Below are positions 28,940-32,000 of a stretch of 32,000 nt of DNA, piece by piece (position 1 is the first letter of the stretch; each line of letters begins with the position of its first letter). The DNA is from Pseudomonas aeruginosa (GTDB taxonomy: Bacteria > Pseudomonadota > Gammaproteobacteria > Pseudomonadales > Pseudomonadaceae), in contig NZ_LN831024.1 in the NCBI RefSeq assembly GCF_001457615.1, positions 4,050,001 through 4,082,000 of the forward strand, given 5' to 3'. Position numbers and translations under genes: made by a program. Under the pieces are notes generated by a model. The model saw nothing but the letters and a program-made list of their open reading frames with translations. It was not told the origin of the DNA and did not search any database.

Positions 28940-29090
28940 ATTTGATTGATGGAGGGTTTTTTCCACAAGCCGGACAGCTCCGAAAAAGCTCCCGGAAAAA
29001 TCTGATAACCAACGGCAGAGTCCCGGAACAGAGGGCTCGCCGCGCGGCCCTTCTGCCAGGCGGCGACCGCATCCCTGCCATCGCGCAGAC

Positions 29091-29122
29091 AAAAAAAAGC
29101 CCCGCCAATCGACCGGCGGGGC
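29091..29122 (-). terminator. rho-independent terminator of the cyo operon
   Basis: Minus-strand RNA reads GCCCCGCC-GGUCGAUU-GGCGGGGC followed by eight U. It lies ~20 nt after the cyoE stop. Confidence 0.9.
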
Positions 29123-29142
29123 TTTCCCTAAAGCGTGTCGCC

Positions 29143-30033
29143 TCAGAACAGCGAGGCGACCAGATGAGTGGCGGGCGCCACCTGGAAGTCGATGGACATC
29201 ATCACGCTCAGCGCGGTGATGGCGACGATGGAGAAGGCGAACAGCTTGCGCGCCCAGACCCGGTCGTCGGCGGTCCAGTAGCCGGTCAGGGCGATGGCCA
29301 GCCACCACAGGCTCACCGCCACCGCCACCAGCAGGTAGCCGTAGCCGGCGTAGCCGCCCAGGCACAAGGCGAGGGTCGCCGCCATGAAAGCGAGGATGTA
29401 GAGCACGATGTGGATCTTGGTCACCGCGATGCCGCGCGCCACCGGCAGCACCGGGATGCCGGCCGCCTCGTAGTCCTTCAGGCGGAAGATGGCGATGGCA
29501 TAGGAGTGCGGCATCTGCCACAGGCAGAAGATCGCCAGCAGCGAGGCGGCTCCGGCGTCGAACTGGCCGCTCACCGCGCAGTAGCCGACCACCGGCGGCA
29601 TCGCCCCGGAGAGGCTGCCGACCAGCGTGCCGTACTGCGAACGACGCTTGAACCACAGGCTGTACAGGCCGACGTAGACGAAGTAGCCGAAGCCGGCCAG
29701 CGCGGTGGTCAGCGGGTTGGTCCACCACCACAGCAGGCCGAAGCCGGCGACCCCGAGGACCAGGCCGTGGGCCAGGGCAGCCTTCAGCGAGATCTGCCCG
29801 GTCACGGTGACCCGCCCGCGGGTCCGCTCCATGTGCCGGTCGATGTCGCGGTCGATGCAGTTGTTCAGCACGCACCCACTGGCGACCACCAGCGACAGGC
29901 CGATGACCGTGGCCAGCAACAGCATCGGCTCGACGCTGCCGCGGGCGGCGAGGAAGTATCCCCCCGCCACCGCGATCAGGTTGCCGAAGATGATTCCCGG
30001 CTTGGCCACCAGGAGATAGCGTTTCAGCTTCAC
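29143..30033 (-). CDS. cyoE: protoheme IX farnesyltransferase (heme O synthase)
   Basis: 296 aa, polytopic. GTG start at 30033 with GAGGG 7 nt upstream. UbiA-family motif [14 protein letters not shown]. Confidence 0.95.
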   Translation of the reverse strand: MKLKRYLLVAKPGIIFGNLIAVAGGYFLAARGSVEPMLLLATVIGLSLVVASGCVLNNCIDRDIDRHMERTRGRVTVTGQISLKAALAHGLVLGVAGFGLLWWWTNPLTTALAGFGYFVYVGLYSLWFKRRSQYGTLVGSLSGAMPPVVGYCAVSGQFDAGAASLLAIFCLWQMPHSYAIAIFRLKDYEAAGIPVLPVARGIAVTKIHIVLYILAFMAATLALCLGGYAGYGYLLVAVAVSLWWLAIALTGYWTADDRVWARKLFAFSIVAITALSVMMSIDFQVAPATHLVASLF

Positions 30034-30043
30034 GTCATGGCCC

Positions 30044-30379
30044 TCAGGGCATCGGCATCATCAGCATGTCGGCGCTGAAGATGATCCACAGCGAGAGACC
30101 GACCACCAGCAGGATGACGATCACCGTGAAGATGAACGCCATCACGTTCCAGCGCCCTTCCGACGACATGTTCATGTGCAGGAAGCAGATCAGGTGCACC
30201 ACCACCTGCACCAGGCCGAGGACGACCATGGTGAGGATGGTCGCGTGGCGCGAGAAGCCGCCGTCCATGACCATGTAGAACGGGATCGCGGTGAGGATCA
30301 CCGAGAGCACGAAGCCGATCGCGTAGGAACCCAGGCTGCCGTGGCCGGCGCCGTGGTTGTCGTGTGCAGCGCTGCTCAT
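30044..30379 (-). CDS. cyoD: cytochrome o ubiquinol oxidase subunit IV
   Basis: Internal ATG at 30379 of ORF 30044..30529, overlapping the cyoC stop by 1 nt (TAATG). 111 aa with three TM segments. Confidence 0.9.
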   Translation of the reverse strand: MSSAAHDNHGAGHGSLGSYAIGFVLSVILTAIPFYMVMDGGFSRHATILTMVVLGLVQVVVHLICFLHMNMSSEGRWNVMAFIFTVIVILLVVGLSLWIIFSADMLMMPMP

Positions 30380-31008
30380 TACAGGGCCCCCATCAGGTAG
30401 ACGACGGTGAAGACGCAGATCCAGACGATGTCGAGGAAGTGCCAGAACAGGCTCAGGCACATCATCCGGGTGTTGTTCTGCGCGGTGAGGCCGCGGGTCC
30501 AGATCTGCGCCATCAGCACCAGCATCCACAGCAGACCGGCGCTGACGTGCAGGCCGTGCATGCCGACCAGGGTGAAGAAGGACGACAGGAAGGCGCTTCG
30601 GCTCGGGCCGAAACCTTCGGCGATCAGGTGGTGGAACTCGTTGATCTCCATCCCGATGAACGCGGCGCCGAGCAGGAAGGTGACCCCGAGCCAGGCGATC
30701 GCCTGGCCCTTGGCGCCCTTGTGCGCAGAGAGCATGGCCAGGCCGTAGGTGCAGCTGGAAACCAGCAGGATGGCGGTTTCCACCAGCACGTAGGGCAGCT
30801 CGAAGATGTCCTTGCCGCTGGGGCCGCCGGCGGTGTGGTGAACCAGCACCGCGTAGGTGGCGAAGACGCTGGCGAACAGCACGCAGTCGGTCATCAGGTA
30901 GAGCCAGAAACCGAATACGGTGTTGCCGCCGCTATCGTGTGCATGATCGTGGTCGTGGCCCACTTCGTGGGCGTCGGCCAGATGCTTGTTCAATACTGCC
31001 GTCGACAT
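30379..31008 (-). CDS. cyoC: cytochrome o ubiquinol oxidase subunit III
   Basis: 209 aa, typical subunit III sequence ([13 protein letters not shown]...WHFLDIVWI). Confidence 0.95.
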   Translation of the reverse strand: MSTAVLNKHLADAHEVGHDHDHAHDSGGNTVFGFWLYLMTDCVLFASVFATYAVLVHHTAGGPSGKDIFELPYVLVETAILLVSSCTYGLAMLSAHKGAKGQAIAWLGVTFLLGAAFIGMEINEFHHLIAEGFGPSRSAFLSSFFTLVGMHGLHVSAGLLWMLVLMAQIWTRGLTAQNNTRMMCLSLFWHFLDIVWICVFTVVYLMGAL

Positions 31009-31011
31009 GGT

Positions 31012-32000
31012 TCAGACCTGCTTGGCGAGTTGCTGGAAACGGGCGCTTTCGATCTTCTCGATCTCTTCGGGCTGGACGTAGTAGTCGACGTCCTGGTTGT
31101 AGCTGCGCACGATGAAGGAGCCGATCATGCCGACGAAGCCGACCGCCATGAGCCACCAGATATGCCAGATGGCGGCGAAGCCGAAGACGAAGGCGAACAC
31201 GGCGATGGAGAAGCCCGCGGCGGTGTTCTTCGGCATGTGGATCGGCTGGTAGGCCGGCAGCTTGCGGTAGGCGGTGCCGGCCTTCTTCATGTCGTGGAAG
31301 GCATCCACGTCCTGTACCTTCGGCAGCTCGGCGAAGTTGTAGAACGGCGGCGGCGAGGAAGTGGCCCATTCCAGGGTGCGGCCTTCCCACGGGTCGCCAT
31401 TGACGTCGGCCAGTTGCTTGCGGTTGCGGACCGAGACGAACAGCTGGATCAGTTGGCAGGCGATGCCGCAGAAGATCAGCACGGCGCCGAAGAACGCGAC
31501 CACCAGGTAGGGCTTCCACAGCGGGTTGTCGTAGTGGTTCAGGCGACGGGTCATGCCCATGAAGCCGAGGATGTAGAGCGGCATGAAGGCCATGTAGAAG
31601 CCCACCAGCCAGCACCAGAAGGAGCGCTTGCCCCACTTCTCGTCGAGGGTGAAGCCGAACGCTTTCGGGAACCAGAAGGCGAAGCCGGCCAGGTAGCCGA
31701 ACACCGCGCCGCCGATGATGGTGTTGTGGAAGTGGGCGATCAGGAACAGGCTGTTGTGCAGCAGGAAGTCCGCGCCCGGGATGGCCAGCAGGACGCCGGT
31801 CATGCCGCCGATGGTGAAGGTCACCATGAAGCCCAGGGTCCACAGGATCGGCGTGCTGAAGCGCAGGCGGCCCTTGTAGATGGTGAACAGCCAGTTGAAC
31901 AGCTTCACCCCGGTGGGGATCGAGATCAGCATGGTGGCCACGCCGAAGAAGCCGTTGACGTCACCGCCCGAACCCATGGTGAAGAAGTGGTGCAGCCACA
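31012..32000 (-). CDS. cyoB: cytochrome o ubiquinol oxidase subunit I, C-terminal part (5' end outside the window)
   Basis: The frame is open to the window edge. Heme-copper oxidase subunit I motifs are present (FFGHPEVY-type region outside the window; [17 protein letters not shown] inside it). Confidence 0.95.

Noticed and set aside
28976-29000. The tandem direct repeat AGCTCCGAAAA / AGCTCCCGGAAAAA upstream of pfuA.
   Set aside because: It has only two imperfect copies in an A-rich promoter-distal region. That is insufficient to call a binding site or repeat element.

Overview
High-GC (about 66%) gammaproteobacterial chromosome. From memory, gene content and order match the Pseudomonas aeruginosa core region PA1347 to PA1317 read in reverse; I cannot verify this without a search. 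About 31 protein-coding genes are supported. In order they are: a LuxR-type regulator 3' end; a decarboxylase-like protein lacking the PLP core; a RimK-type ATP-grasp ligase; an SDR; pagP; the acidic-amino-acid cluster aatJQMP-ggt-ansB-aauSR; an OYE flavin reductase; a small lipoprotein; a methyltransferase; a TerC-CBS-CorC membrane protein; an SDR plus GlcG-like operon with a divergent LysR regulator; a trypsin-like protease / non-specific nuclease fusion; an NTF2-like gene coupled to ilvA2; an ElaB-like plus prealbumin-fold lipoprotein pair; the TonB receptor pfuA; and cyoEDC with a truncated cyoB. I found no rRNA, tRNA, CRISPR array, integrase or transposase, so this looks like core genome rather than an island. 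Most of the long extra ORFs in the track are GC-rich antisense shadow frames. The most interesting signals are regulatory or architectural. (1) A candidate leader-peptide attenuator (21-aa Ile/Thr-rich ORF plus mutually exclusive hairpins and a terminator) lies upstream of the NTF2-like/ilvA2 operon. (2) Five GTTCAG (PhoP-box-type) hexamers at exact 11-bp phasing lie upstream of pagP. (3) A signal-peptide-less serine protease / DRGH-nuclease fusion has no visible partner gene. (4) A roughly 325-nt leader with a strongly C-rich, G-poor tract and a proline-rich uORF precedes the TerC-CBS gene. (5) An Orn/Lys/Arg-decarboxylase-like pseudoenzyme retains only the wing and C-terminal domains and is convergent with a RimK-like ligase. 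I cannot confirm novelty for any of these without database and literature searches.
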